Source: Phoronis australis
Lineage: Eukaryota > Animalia > Phoronida
Reading direction: 5' to 3'
Assembly: GCA_002633005.1 (NCBI GenBank)
Contig: NMRA01000047.1
Coordinates: forward strand, 583,326 to 647,325
DNA length: 64,000 nucleotides
Under the pieces are notes generated by a model. The model worked only from the letters and a program-made list of their open reading frames with translations. It searched no databases and was not told the DNA's origin. Shown in pieces: positions 48,810 to 61,137 of this stretch (its first letter is position 1; the number at the start of each line of letters is the position of its first letter). The position numbers and the translations under genes are program-made.

Positions 48810-49115
48810 TAACCCTGGAATTTAATTTTTGGTTTGCCGCAGGTGTAGCCTATAGTCAATAACAAATGCAGGCAGCCTAGCACACGTTGGACCAGACGTG
48901 CGCAGGGCGCCCACCTGGACCATTTCACTGCTCATCGAGAACCATTTCTGTGCTCTCTTCATATATAACCAATCTGACTTAAGGATCTAACAGTGTGTCC
49001 CAGTGGGACTCGAACCCACGACCTTCGCCCTAACTGTTCAGTGACACCTTGAGCACCCCTTCGTCACTCAGATAAACATTAGAGATGCTGTTCTTACAAT
49101 ACACATTCTTAGTGA

Positions 49116-49370
49116 CATGCACGCACCCAGAGGGGGTTCGGGGGGGCTCGAACGAGCACCCCATTTGGCGAAGTGGTCAAAAAGGTCCGCCTCAGAGAAA
49201 CAGAAACTCCGAAAAAGTAGAAAACAAGACAAAAGTCCACTAAGAACACCGGAACTACCAAATTTTGGGAATACACAATTCATAGCTCTGAACGTACCCG
49301 TGAATTTTCGTAAAAGGTCCACATTCTAAAAAATTCGAGCTCCATCATTATTTTAGGCTGGGCGCGCATG
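49116..49370. mobile_element. MITE with CA(C/T)G.GCGC.CCCAG termini; partial inverse copy at ~18749-18990
   Basis: CATGCACGCACCCAG ... CTGGGCGCGCATG with flanks AGTGA/AGTGG. Confidence 0.6.
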
Positions 49371-50404
49371 AGTGGTACCAGCCCTTGGTTCATTTTCAAT
49401 ATGAGAACAAATAAAAAGATTCAGCGTGGTTATCAACAATAGAATTGGTATGGCCATTATTAAGTAGAATTTGCTTTATGCATTGGATTTCAACATTGAA
49501 TGTATTCTAATCAGATGCACCAGATATCGTGCCCACCAGTGATGAAGTTGAGAGGACAGCAAACCCGGTTTTGGCCTATTAAAAAATATTTAAAATCACA
49601 ATTCCATGAAACAAAATAATGATCTATATCGCTTGACAACCCTCAAACGTTTGTAGGAAGATTTGAAAACTCCTTTCGAAGTCTGCAATACGGGCAAGTG
49701 TGACTTATGTGTTTAGAGAAATACAAGGCAACTGTGGAGAAATACCAAACACAAAGAATCATAATACGCAATCTGTGACTTAGGGGGTATAACTTTTTAG
49801 TTGATTCTTGCTTTTATGTTTCAAGATTTGTACCAATGGTGCATTAACAGGTGACAGATCGAATATTGGTTGCGATCCAAAAAACGGAATTCAATATCCG
49901 CCGCGTGAATTGGGTCTATATGTTCACAAAGAAGATATGTTATACGGGACATCCACACATAAGTTATGTTACCATTTATACAAATAATCCAGCAAGTGCA
50001 TCTACCAGCCGAAGCGCATATTTCAAAGTGAACACGCAATAAAGGCAGTATGGGAATACTGGCATGACCCATCCGAGGAAGTGTAACCAGTGCCATAACA
50101 GTTAAGACCATGTACAGAAATATATACGGGGAATAGCAATGTACAAGTAAAACTGGTAATATGAAAGTTAACAATGAAAACTGAGATGAAAGTATTTGAC
50201 TAGGTATTGAAAAGACTGCAAAATTAACTTTTGGGGCGCAGGCTGCGACGACTGACCTGACCCCAAAGTAGGCAGAAACAAAGATAGGTTGAAACCACAG
50301 TCCTGTCGTAGTAGGAGGAGGCTAAAAAGTAAAAAGGGGAGAAATGAGGAGCTGAAAATACAGACAGGAAGGTATTGGGTACCCTAGTTAAGAGGAAAAA
50401 GTAT

Positions 50405-50740
50405 ACAAGCGGATGTAGTTTTTAGTGCATCAGAGTTCCAGCGACCCATGCGCTGGATCACCGGTTCAGGAATGCCACAACTTGCCGCTGACGAGGCTGC
50501 TCCGATGCGAAATCTATGCTAATTAAAAGACTTGGTGTCGAGGAAACTACTGTAGCCAGTGAACATTGATGTGAAGCAGGTGCTGTAACGGGGAGCCCGG
50601 AGTGGGCTAAAAAGTAGAAAGGTACAAAGTTAGGGCGGCGGGGAAATTGGGGAGATGGGATGTAAAGGATAGCATAGGGAAACTGGGTCAGAGCTGTGCT
50701 TGAAAGTACGGATGGTGATGACTTCGGAGTCGTCAGATGG
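50405..50740 (-). pseudogene. Tyrosine recombinase C-terminal remnant of a Ngaro/DIRS-type retrotransposon
   Basis: Minus strand reads ITIRTFKHS...HRFRIGAASSAASCGIPEPVIQRMGRWNSDA.KNYIR, containing the H-x-x-R and GRW...Y catalytic boxes. Frameshifted. Confidence 0.8.
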
Positions 50741-51209
50741 CTATGGTGGGGCGTTGAGAGGAAAGTGTCGCCGTAAAATTACGCTCGTAATTACGAGAAT
50801 TGACCTTACAACACGCTATACCGTGATGGGGTTTCATTTCCGGGAGCAACCAAACCCTAACAAAAATGAACTTAAAGGCGAAGGCAACCTTTTTCCATGT
50901 CATTTTGAGCTAAAATAAAGTTGGTTGGTTAGCCTAGACATATTTTCCGCTTAATTACAGCTTTTCGTAATTTTATAAATTACTCGTCCGCAACTCCGGA
51001 AGTGACGTTTTAGGAGGCAAGCGTTTCCCGTCACTTGGTTTTGCATTGACTTTACCGTGCGAATCTGTTCTATTCTACTTTTGTCTTGTTCTCTTTTTCA
51101 ACAATTGTCGCCACCACTTTCCATCGGCGAGTATTCTGAGGCAAGATCGGTTAGTAGAGAACTCAACTACGTTGGATTTAGGGATTGTTTAGTGTGTTGT
51201 AAGCTGAAA

Positions 51210-51480
51210 ATGGCTGGAATCAGTGACCCGTATCACAGTGACAGTAGTGTGACGAGGATTTTTTTCACGGACATTCAGTGGGTGGGTACATGTTCGAGCC
51301 TGAGTATAACGAGGCAGAGTACGCACAGGCACAGGGAGCTATTAAGAGAAACGAGGCGGCTACTGAGGACAGACGTGGTGACACATCTTGGTGCAAATGC
51401 ACTGTGTGCGTTGTTATGCCTACCTCAATGGAATGCTTGTGCTGTTCAGAGTTCGACGAGGCCAAGCCACTACTGGACAT
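51210..51480 (+). pseudogene. KolX (P2X7 ballast-like Cys-rich) gene, N-terminal half
   Basis: aaaATGGCT start and one frameshift near 51249, then DEDFFHGHSVGGYMFEPEY...RRGDTSWCKCTVCVVMPTSMECLCCSEF. Truncated by the central deletion. Confidence 0.75.
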
Positions 51481-52272
51481 GGTTAAGTGGACCTCCGGCA
51501 TACCACGGACAGAGGAAAATCTGTCCCACTTGCTAGAGTGTCCCTCGACACACTCCTACTGGATGGTGACCTGAGCACCCAAACTGCTTACACCGTGTCG
51601 TGTGACTCCCTCGCCACACACCTGGCACCTTCTAAATAGCTCCAACACTTTAGACAAGTCCACAATAAACATTTCAAAGTTTGGCTCACCGATCTGTTCA
51701 CTGGACGACGAACTGTCCTCTTCACTGGGTGTCGAACTGAGCCTGTAATCACTCCCACTACTCAATATCGCTGCAGGGCTGCTTAGAGGCTCTGGGCTGG
51801 AGAAAACAGCACAGGGCGAATCACTACTGGTTCCAGGAATTGCACGCTCTGGGGTACGTTCGGAGGCACGGGTGACAGTAGATGAAGTGCCTCCACTGGC
51901 TCCAGTCACTGTACTGGCCACAGCTCGCGAGGCTTCTCGCTTCAAAAACGCACTTCTCGGGGGTGGCGACGGGGCACTGCCGGGAATCAACACAGACGGA
52001 ATGGCATCCTTCTTCAGGCGTTGTTTCGCAGGGACCTTCATCAGTTCAGCGTACAAATCCCTTTCGTAATCGGACGGCAGAAAGTGCTTGCCACACACAC
52101 GGTAATTCTCCACTGCTTTGTACGTTGCGTGGACGGGTAACGCTGCGTTCTTCACACGAACGAGCCAAGTACGGCGAAGTGTGTCATCCATCGGAAAGCG
52201 ATGCAAAGGCACTCCCAAAGCGCGCGTGAGCCGATAATTACTACATCCCGGTACGCAGCAACAGTGTGGCAT
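51475..52272 (-). pseudogene. Kolobok transposase N-terminal part (THAP domain, Ser-rich linker, CxxC zinc ribbon); DDE domain deleted
   Basis: MPHCCCVPGCSN...LHRFP...W...RVCGKHF...RLKKDAIPSV is a THAP signature. LELFRRCQVCG...VTIQ*ECVEGHSSKW continues in frame past the TAG at 51556. Confidence 0.85.
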
Positions 52273-53888
52273 GTTGACTGACTAGTAAATGAAAGCAAAC
52301 GACGACGGAACTTAACACAACCGAGGTAGAACAATGACTGACTCGGCAGCTCTCACAGTCAGACTATATGAAAAGAAATTGGCGCGAAATGCTTGCCTCC
52401 CAAAACGTCACTTCCGGAGTAGCGGACGAGTAATTAATAAAATTATGAAAAGCTGTAATTAAGTGGAAAATATGTCTAGGATAACCAACCAACCTTATTT
52501 TAGCTCAAAATGACATGGAAAAAGGTTGCCTTCGCCTTTAAGTTTTCATCGAAGAACCTAAGATTTTGGTCTGAAAAACTTAGTTTTCAATCACAAAAAT
52601 TTAAGTTTTTGGCAAAAACTTAAGTATTTTGGAACAATTTTTTGAACATCGTTTAACAAAAATAGAGGTTAATTGCAGAAAATAAAATGCACTTCCTCAA
52701 AATACAATAATTCCTTAGAATAAAACAGCATGTGTGAAATACAAGAACACCAAAAACCAAAGACATTTCAGAAATCAGTTCATCAAGGGTCATAAACACA
52801 ATGCGGTCTATAACAATTCGTGAGAATTGAGGAATACAAATGGAATGTGCATACAGAGAAATCACTACCAAATCATGAAATACAACCAAAGAAAAAGTGA
52901 TTTCATGGCCAGGAAGGGTTACAACAAAAGCCTATGCTTTACCAGTACTACTAAAATTACAGCAATGGCGCCAGGAATAACAAATCACTTAACATGCAAA
53001 TCTAAGAATATTCTCAGAAACAAGAGCATAAAGTAAAACGTAACAGGGAACTGAAAGTTTATCGGCAATGGTCACAGATGTGATTCTGGGAAGTACAATC
53101 CTTGTGCTAGAAATAGTGCCTACAATTACATGTACCTATCAGTTTTCAACCGTTCAAAATATCCATTTAAAAGTCAAAGTTTCGTTTTTGTTGACAATCA
53201 TATTATTAGTAAACCCAATACACCCCATGGTGGGAACAAGTTTCACTAAAAGTAATCCCAAGTACAAACTCATTATAAGAGGTGGAAATCAGAAAACTTA
53301 GACATTCAATTACAAAGTTATTCACTTTTCTTTAATTTAAAGCTACTCTACCTCATACATATCTATGTTACACCACAAGCCATTTAATCTTATTTAGATG
53401 CATATGCTCGCTTAGCTTCATAAGCAAATAATCCTTGTTTTGTGCCTACAAACGCGCGTTTCTGAGATCAGATAATTGAATTCATGAGCTACACTTCATA
53501 AAAGCGTACGTTCTGTTGTCTGGGTAGCTGCTCTTATCCAGCGATTGTCAAAGCCACACTCCGCAATAAAGACACCGAAATTAAATAAGAGACGAGTAAA
53601 AGCTACAAGTTAACTTGCTGGATATTTATTGTTTGTTTATATAACACTGATTTGTAAACCTCGTATGCACATACTGACGAACATACAGTACAAGTGTACA
53701 AGTTTAATCGAAGCATGCACTGCAAATTGTCACTTTCCAGTTGTTTTGAATGGAATTTTAAACCCGGCCTGGATTCTTTAATAAGACATCCAAAACAACT
53801 TTAATCTACGCAACGTGATTACAAAATATGCACATGGTAACCTATGCAATGGCAATCTAGAGCAAACCGTGCATATAACAAAACTTAA

Positions 53889-54468
53889 AGGAGAATGCCA
53901 CCCAAAAAACAACTTATTTTGTATCAATTTAGATCGAGTAGTTCTACTCTATAACGGCACGTTCGGTTGCGTTACCTGACACCTGACGGCAGACGGATGT
54001 GTTGAAATTATCCAATGACGTCATTGGTTTCACACGCAGTCTGTTCAGCAGTTCACGACACGGGTTACTGGTGTTAGCTTATCGCTTGAATTCATTGTTT
54101 AATACCTATAAATCATCAAACTTCAATATAAAACCATTAAAAATACACCGAGTTCTTACAAAAACGTGCTATTTTATTTCGCTGTTACGGATTTATTGGT
54201 ATTTGGACACACCGACTAGCCTACAAAGTTCGGCAGGCCAAATGAACAAAGTCAGTAGCAGGAGTTTGATGTCTGTTCGGAGATAAATTCGAAGTATTCT
54301 TCCGTGAAATACAGACAAGAAAACCTAGATCTGTGTTGTTTAGACTTGTGATTTTTTGAGTTCTAAACACACGAAACGCTTGTTATCCCGGCCAGTGGCT
54401 CGGAACCCGATCAAGCCCGTCGCGGCCGGACTGACTCGTTATCCTGGCCAGTGGCTCGGAACCCGATC
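53889..54468 (+). mobile_element. Kolobok family A left-end fragment
   Basis: TTAA|AGGAGAATGCCACCC; colinear with 55447-55990, then stops. Confidence 0.85.
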
Positions 54469-55446
54469 TGCCCACAGATGGCCCTTGATTAGTAAGTATA
54501 AATGAATTACTTGAAATTTATGTCTTGTGTTGAGAACAATGTTTTATCTGACGTCTTTATGTGTGCGTACAGGTAGTTTGAAATATCTGAATTTGCTGGG
54601 AACTTAACACTGACGTCTTAAATATCCTTTACCTGTGGATGAAGTCACTATTTCACCTTTCTTTGCCCTTACATGCTTTAGCGCCTCCTACATTCCGTAT
54701 TTATAAGAGTAAGAGAAAAAGTAACATAGTGGGCGCTGCAATTAGTTGAACTATAGCTTCCTGTTAATCGATTAGAACGTTCCTACCAAAGATTCTGGTA
54801 AATTGAGGTTCGAAGCAAGTTTCTCTAGGCAAAGAGAACATGCCCCTCCTGACATGCGGAGGTCATTCCAGTCAGTCCATATTTACTCAACGCACAACTA
54901 GGTCAAGCTGCACCCAAATTAACTATCACTTTCGTCACGACACTGAAAGATTTGTTTTTAATTAAACCAGTCGAACTTGTATTGAATATCGCAAACTTCT
55001 GCGACATTCTAGTATTCCACAGCCCGGTATAAATTCGAAATCATGTACTCAAGCACCTCAATCAGATCAGGCAGATTTTCCTTATTTGCGTTGAATAATT
55101 TGGTTCAATGCAAGTTAACACGTTGACTGGTGTGAGTTCACTTGGGTAGCGGAATGTCCTTTCGTATTCTATAATTTAGATCCTTCCTACAAACCTGAGC
55201 AATCGTTTAAAATAGGCAGCCAAAACCAAATGACGAAAAAATTATTCAGATCGATTCAATAGTTACATTGCCATTGATGATTCCTAATTTTGAAAAATGG
55301 CAAGTGGTACTTGCAAATTGTTGACTGAGATTTTAAAACCAGGAGCTGCCAAGATTTGCTATGAACACAGAGAAGCACACACAACGATTGACAGTAACCA
55401 CAGTCTGTTGATAACGGGAGTATTTGTTCAAGTTGGAAGGAATTAA

Positions 55447-57113
55447 AGGAGCATGCCACCCAAAAAAACAACCTAATTTGTATCAATTTAGATCGAGTAG
55501 TTCTACCCAATAACGACACGCACGGTTGCGTTATCTGACACCTGACGTCAGACGGAGGTGTTGAAATTATCCAATGACGTTATTGGTTTCACACGCAGTC
55601 TATTCAGCAGTTCACAACACGGGTTACAGGTGTCAGCTTATCGCTTGAAGTCATCGTTTAACACTAATAAATCACCAAACTTCGATGTAAAACTCTTTTA
55701 AAAAAAACACACCGAGTTCTTATAAAAACGTGTTGTTTTATTTCGCTGTTACGGATTTATTGGTATTTGGACACACCGTAGCCTACAAAGTTCGGCAGGC
55801 CAATAAGGTCCGTAGCATTAGTTTTCTGTTCGGAGATAAGTTCGAAGTATTTTCCATGAGATACAGACAGGAGAACCTAGATCTGTGTTGTTTAAAATTA
55901 TGATTTTTTGAGTTCTAAACACAAAACGCTCGTCATCCAGGCCAGTGGCTCGGAGCGAGCCGGGTTGACTGGTTATCCCCGGCCGGCCAGTGGCTCGGCG
56001 GAAACTGATCAGACATCACGAATATAAACCAGCCAAAGCTCAGTGAAAATTAAACTTCCAGTCAAGAAAATACTATACTAGTGAGCCAAAGCAATGTGCA
56101 CGTGATTATGTTGGTGAATTAGCCACGAAACTGCAAATCTACTTACTAGTCAGGGGCCGCGAATTCAGGTTCCGCTTTGGCCCGCACAGCACCGTCAGGG
56201 CAGAAGTTGTACATTGACAATCATTATTTGAGTAATGTAAATGTAAATAAAGATTCCCCTAACACCCGGCCGTGGGATGGAAATCGAGTTGTTTCACAAC
56301 AGTTTCTGCCAGCAAACACTAAGTTAGCATGAACTCACACGGCCTCGGTGTCAATTAGTTTTATTGCACCTAAAGCCGTTAACCCAGTGATTTATCAATT
56401 GCTGGCTTCTCAAATCATTTGCACTCACGAACACTCCAAAGGCATTACAATTTGCATCTAATGAGACAGACTTTGTTTCAGTTTTATTTAATTATTGGTT
56501 AGGGTGAGAATAACTCATTTTGAAACAGAACGCTCAGTAATAAACGTCAACATGGCAACTCACAATCCTGACTTAGAACGAGCTAGAGCTCATCAGTCCC
56601 GACTTCGCTGGTGGATCGTTAAGTTTCACAGGCTATCAATTTGAACATGAATACAGTGATTAAGAAATACTAGAGAAGCGCCGTCAACAAGATCAGACAA
56701 CGGAAAGTATGGAGTTATTTGGTAAGCCGGCATTCGTCAGGCACTGTCGACGTCTGCAGGCCACAGACACGGAGATGTTTCACGGCCTCATACTTGCTAT
56801 TTACAGCGTACATTTCATTCTTCACTAACGTGAGCCTCTTCTTAAGCTTTTCGGACTCTCGACGAAGTAAAAAAACGATATACCCGCTTTCCTGGCAGCT
56901 GCTTAGTTCGGACAAGCGGGAACGATGCACCGCAACATAGCAGCATTCACTCTGCCTATGAACCACTGACATAGCTAGCGTCGTTTCTCACCTTCCTCAC
57001 AGGTTAACGCGACACCTCTTGGGAAGGTAAGGTCGACCATATGCGAGGCGATGTGGATATAGACCGATTAAGACGGCTAAAAAAAGACTAATTAAATCGG
57101 GTGGCATTCTCCT
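55447..57113 (+). mobile_element. Kolobok family A non-autonomous copy
   Basis: TTAA at 55443-46 and 57114-17 with TIRs. THAP remnant MLRCIVPACPN*...VKNEMYAVNSKYEAVKHLRVCG on the minus strand. Confidence 0.9.
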
Positions 57114-57364
57114 TTAAGGGTTTTACATCGACGTTTGGTGATATATCGGTGTTAAACGATGAATTCAAGCGATAAGCTGACACCAGTAACCCGTGTTGTG
57201 AACTGCTGAACAGCCTGCGTGTGAAACCAATGACGTCATTGAATTATTTCAACACCTCCGTCTGCCGTCAGGTGTCAGGTAACGCAATCGAACATTGCGT
57301 TATCGAGTAGAACTACTCGATCTAAATTGATACAAAATAGGTAGTTTTTGGGTGGCATTCTACT
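57114..57364 (-). mobile_element. Kolobok family A left-end fragment, inverted, abutting the previous copy at an internal TTAA
   Basis: Matches 5716-5968; ends GGGTGGCATTCTACT|TTAA. Confidence 0.85.
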
Positions 57365-59757
57365 TTAACTGTCTTGGGCTAGTCGACAAACATCCTTTTC
57401 TTCGAAGCTGGCCAGTTATACCGATCGAAATCGGATTCTGTCAATGCGCCACCTGATGTACATGTATGAACTTAAACTCCTCGATCGTGAAGTAGGTGAT
57501 TTCATGAGGCTATTTTAACAATACCAGCTTTAAGACTTAAACCTGTTTAAATTTAAACCTGATGCAAGATCTTAATACAGGTCAAAAGAATTCAGACTTC
57601 AGAGGTGCGGAAATCAAAACCGGCCTATACTGGGCAGGGTTCAAATCAGGTTTTATTAGACCAGTGGTCTTCATGAAATATAGATTGCATTTTAACTTGA
57701 TCACAGTGTAAGTCCAATTTATACCAGGTCTTACTTGGCTGCAGGATTTTCGACTGTAAGCAGTTGCTGTGAAATCGGTAGTTAAAAAAGAATCGATCCA
57801 GATAGGCTACCAATCAAAACAGATTTTCCCAATCCGTAAAAAAGTTAGCAGTTCATACCAAAATTTCCCAACGGAATATCATCATACAACTTGGAAGGAA
57901 ACCCTACATCCACCGATCTTTGTAACCATTAACGTAACTGTCAACAATTACCCATAGATGAAAGTAAACTTAATTACAGCACTTTTCTTTGCATGCAGGC
58001 GAATACAATATAATACACATGCACAGCATCTGTCATGAGAGGTGGAGATTACGCAACCAATGACGAATTACTCCAATAATGGGTTTCTCGATGACGATTT
58101 TCGTTAGAATTCATTAAACCTGTGCGGTGAGTGAAGAACACCCTCTGATTAACGCTTGCTCAGTGTCCAACCGATGCCTGGACTGCTTGTACATAGAAGG
58201 TAATGTTGTTTACGAGCGTATGCAGGGGGTGAATGTCACATGAGAGTTCTAGAAGGAGAGACAAGTCAGGCTTCACTATAAAAATATCTCAAAATTAAAT
58301 CAATGATTTTACTTTTGGTTTTGCACGTAAGTACTTGTTTCTTACCTAGGACCAATATCAATGTATAGTCCGGATACCTATCGTCGTCAGGCTCCAAAGG
58401 TCGTCCGCCATCTTGTTTCGCGTGCAGCGCAACCACGCGGAACTTAGCGTTCCAATTTGGAGTGCTCGTCTGCACGTTAGGTACTAACCTCTCGGGAGAA
58501 ACACGCTTGGAAGAACTGCGACTAAAATTAGTGCATTTACCGACTGTTTTTTGAGACCACTTAAAAACTTGTCGATTTTACTAATGCACTGTTTTGTTCA
58601 TTTTCAGAAGATATTTTCGAAATTAAATTTTCTTCAGACAGAACAAAAAGCAACTCAGGGATTGTCTATGCAATGTATCTATTTGTCCCAGGCACTAACC
58701 GACACCTGTTAGGCCAAAGGAAAAACGCAGCAGACAAATGGAACACGCTGGGTGCTTAACTGTTTCGACCCACGCCTTGGTCATCAAAACATTGTCCACT
58801 TGTTTTTTATTGCAAAACACAGTACTGAGCTCGACATTTATGTTGACATTTTTAATTAAAGCATTTTGAATTTATTTGAAGAAAATTAAAATACTTGAAT
58901 TGATAGAGAATGGCCACCAATAAAGTTAAACATTGACTTTATTTCACTATATTGCATTGTAACATACAACACAGCATGACATAATCAAAAATAAAAGAAG
59001 AGATTGAGCAATAAAATTCAAATGCGACTTGGGTATTTATTTATTTATTTATGATTGCATAAGCCTGTTAAAGATGAGAAAAAATCAAACAATACGATTA
59101 TAGGTAATTTATTAGAACAATTGTATTGAGGTTCAATGATCAACTTGCGCCGACAAAGTCTCAAAGGGTTATAGTTCTGTTCTGGCTGACAAGGTGTTAA
59201 CAGAGAATGAAGAGAAACTGAAAAGAAAAAGTAAGACAGCAAAGATAAGTGGTGTTAAGTACAACAAGAGCAAAAAGTCAAATAAAGAGGTCACAAACAG
59301 AAATAAGTAAGGTATATCTGGAATAAAACAATCCAGGGCTCAGTCGTGATTTATTTTCCAGAACTGAAATTCTAAATCAATTTTAATCGATTTAAAAATC
59401 GATATCATACTAGTAAAGCAGTTTGTGGTTGAAGTAGAATTGCTGTATACCACTTTCCACTATTTTCTTGGCCTTTTTCTGTGTGGTTTGCTGTTCTTTC
59501 AAAAGGCGGCAGCATATGACGACCATAGGTGTCATTATAAAATGGCTGCCGAAAAGCAATGCACAGTTGAACAACTCGGCATAAGTAAAAGAAAACGTTT
59601 GAATCAACGAATACTCTATATTTGTGAGAGTTAAATCAAATCCTATTCAGATCATAACTTTGAAGTGGAATGATTGGGTGAGTACGACAACAAGCCGGTT
59701 TTATGCTTAGGCGGACGACCATTGGGTTCCCGAGTATATATTACTCCCAGTTTCTTA

Positions 59758-59934
59758 AGGCCCAGTCATACAGCCGATCACGCATGAATCACTCATACAA
59801 CAAGCACAAATTCAATTTGTGCGTGTTTTGATCGTCGAAAAATTGACCAAATTTTCCGCAAGCTTCACGCATAAGCGAAAATCTGTGCGTGATTCATGAG
59901 TGATTCCTGCGTAATCGGCTGTATGGCTGGGCCT
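59758..59934. mobile_element. Harbinger/PIF (Tourist-like) MITE
   Basis: ~40-bp TIRs AGGCCCAG.CATACAGCCGAT.ACGCA.GAATCACTCAT; TTA/TTA 3-bp TSD. Confidence 0.8.
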
Positions 59935-60089
59935 TTACATAGGTTCAGCCTCTGTCGCGTGGGGTACGTCATATCCAATAACTCGTGTACGTGTTTACAT
60001 GTGGGTAGTCAACATTGTGACGTGCAAGTTACATGTATGTTTGTTAATATTGCCAATTTTCAAATAAATATTGAAAATCTACATTTCAG

Positions 60090-60542
60090 ATGACTCGGAT
60101 AAGCATTCATTTCTTTTTGTTTGTACTTGTGTGGTGCTACTTCGACAGCTGTTGGTCTACGTACGTCTTCGATCCCAGTCAGCCCTTATATTTGGATTTT
60201 GCGGAAACTTGTCGCAACAAAGATGGATCTCGCAACTTTTGGTGCGAAACCTTCTGTCCTTATTTCCGTCACATGTACATAAACACGATCACCAAGACTT
60301 CGCTGTGCATGTACGGACTGGAAAATCGTCTCAACTGCTTTGAAGTAGAGGATGCTTGCTACCCTGGAAAAACTGGTCGATCCTGGTGTTACTGTGTCTA
60401 CGATCTATTGAATTCTGAATCGTACGTCACTGGTAAATCAGAAGAATTCAAATCATGCTACTTCGAAAACAAACCGACATCGATGTGCGCATAGCAACCA
60501 GAATGTATGAAGTGGTGCGAACCCTTAATAGAAAATTCAAAG
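60090..60542 (+). pseudogene. Secreted Cys-rich protein paralogue 2, coding exon 1 (in-frame TAG at 60492-60494)
   Basis: tttcag|ATG start and a signal peptide; aligns without gaps to 45048-45500. TAG replaces Lys codon 135, and the frame continues QPECMKWCEPLIENSK to an intact donor AAG|gtaata. Confidence 0.8.
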
Positions 60543-61137
60543 GTAATACGGATACATTTTAAATTTTATTTCCAGGGTGGTAGCAGTGTAGCTTGAGAAC
60601 CCAAAAAAAACGATTTGTACTCAAATGGGGCAAAACCCAAAACAAATTGCACCGGTAATAAAGTATATGGGAAATGCGAATTCTGGGGCTGCTCAATAAC
60701 GTTTCAAAAGACAAAGAAAATACATTTAGTGAAGCACCTTTTTCAAGAGCTGGGAACTGTTAGATCTTTCTCATACCCTAATGGCAGACATTATCAGTGA
60801 CATTTTCTTAGCGTCAACGTAATACAAATGTAATGTAATAAGATGCGTTAATACATGCTATGCAATATACGTGATGATCACGGTGGAATCGGTTATATCG
60901 AGATTCGTAATATGCAAGTCGGTTTATACGAGGACCGAAGTCCTCCTCTCGGCCTAAACTCAGTGGAGTTTTGCAAAATTGGTGTGAAGAAATAACGCGT
61001 TGTCAATTGTTACCAAGCCCAAGTTAAAGAACAATACGTGCAATTTTTTAACTGTAAGTGGCCTAAATTAATACTGTGTCGACAAGAAGCACGGGTTTGT
61101 TGCCGCCTTCAATAAAATGTTGATTTTCCGTTCACAG

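Larger units (their letters stand above)
50876..52537. mobile_element. Kolobok family B element, internally deleted, with ~160-bp TIRs and TTAA TSD
   Basis: TTAA|AGGCGAAGGCAACC...GGTTGCCTTCGCCT|TTAA. 50876-51033 is the inverse of 52379-52537. Contains two convergent ORF remnants. Confidence 0.9.
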
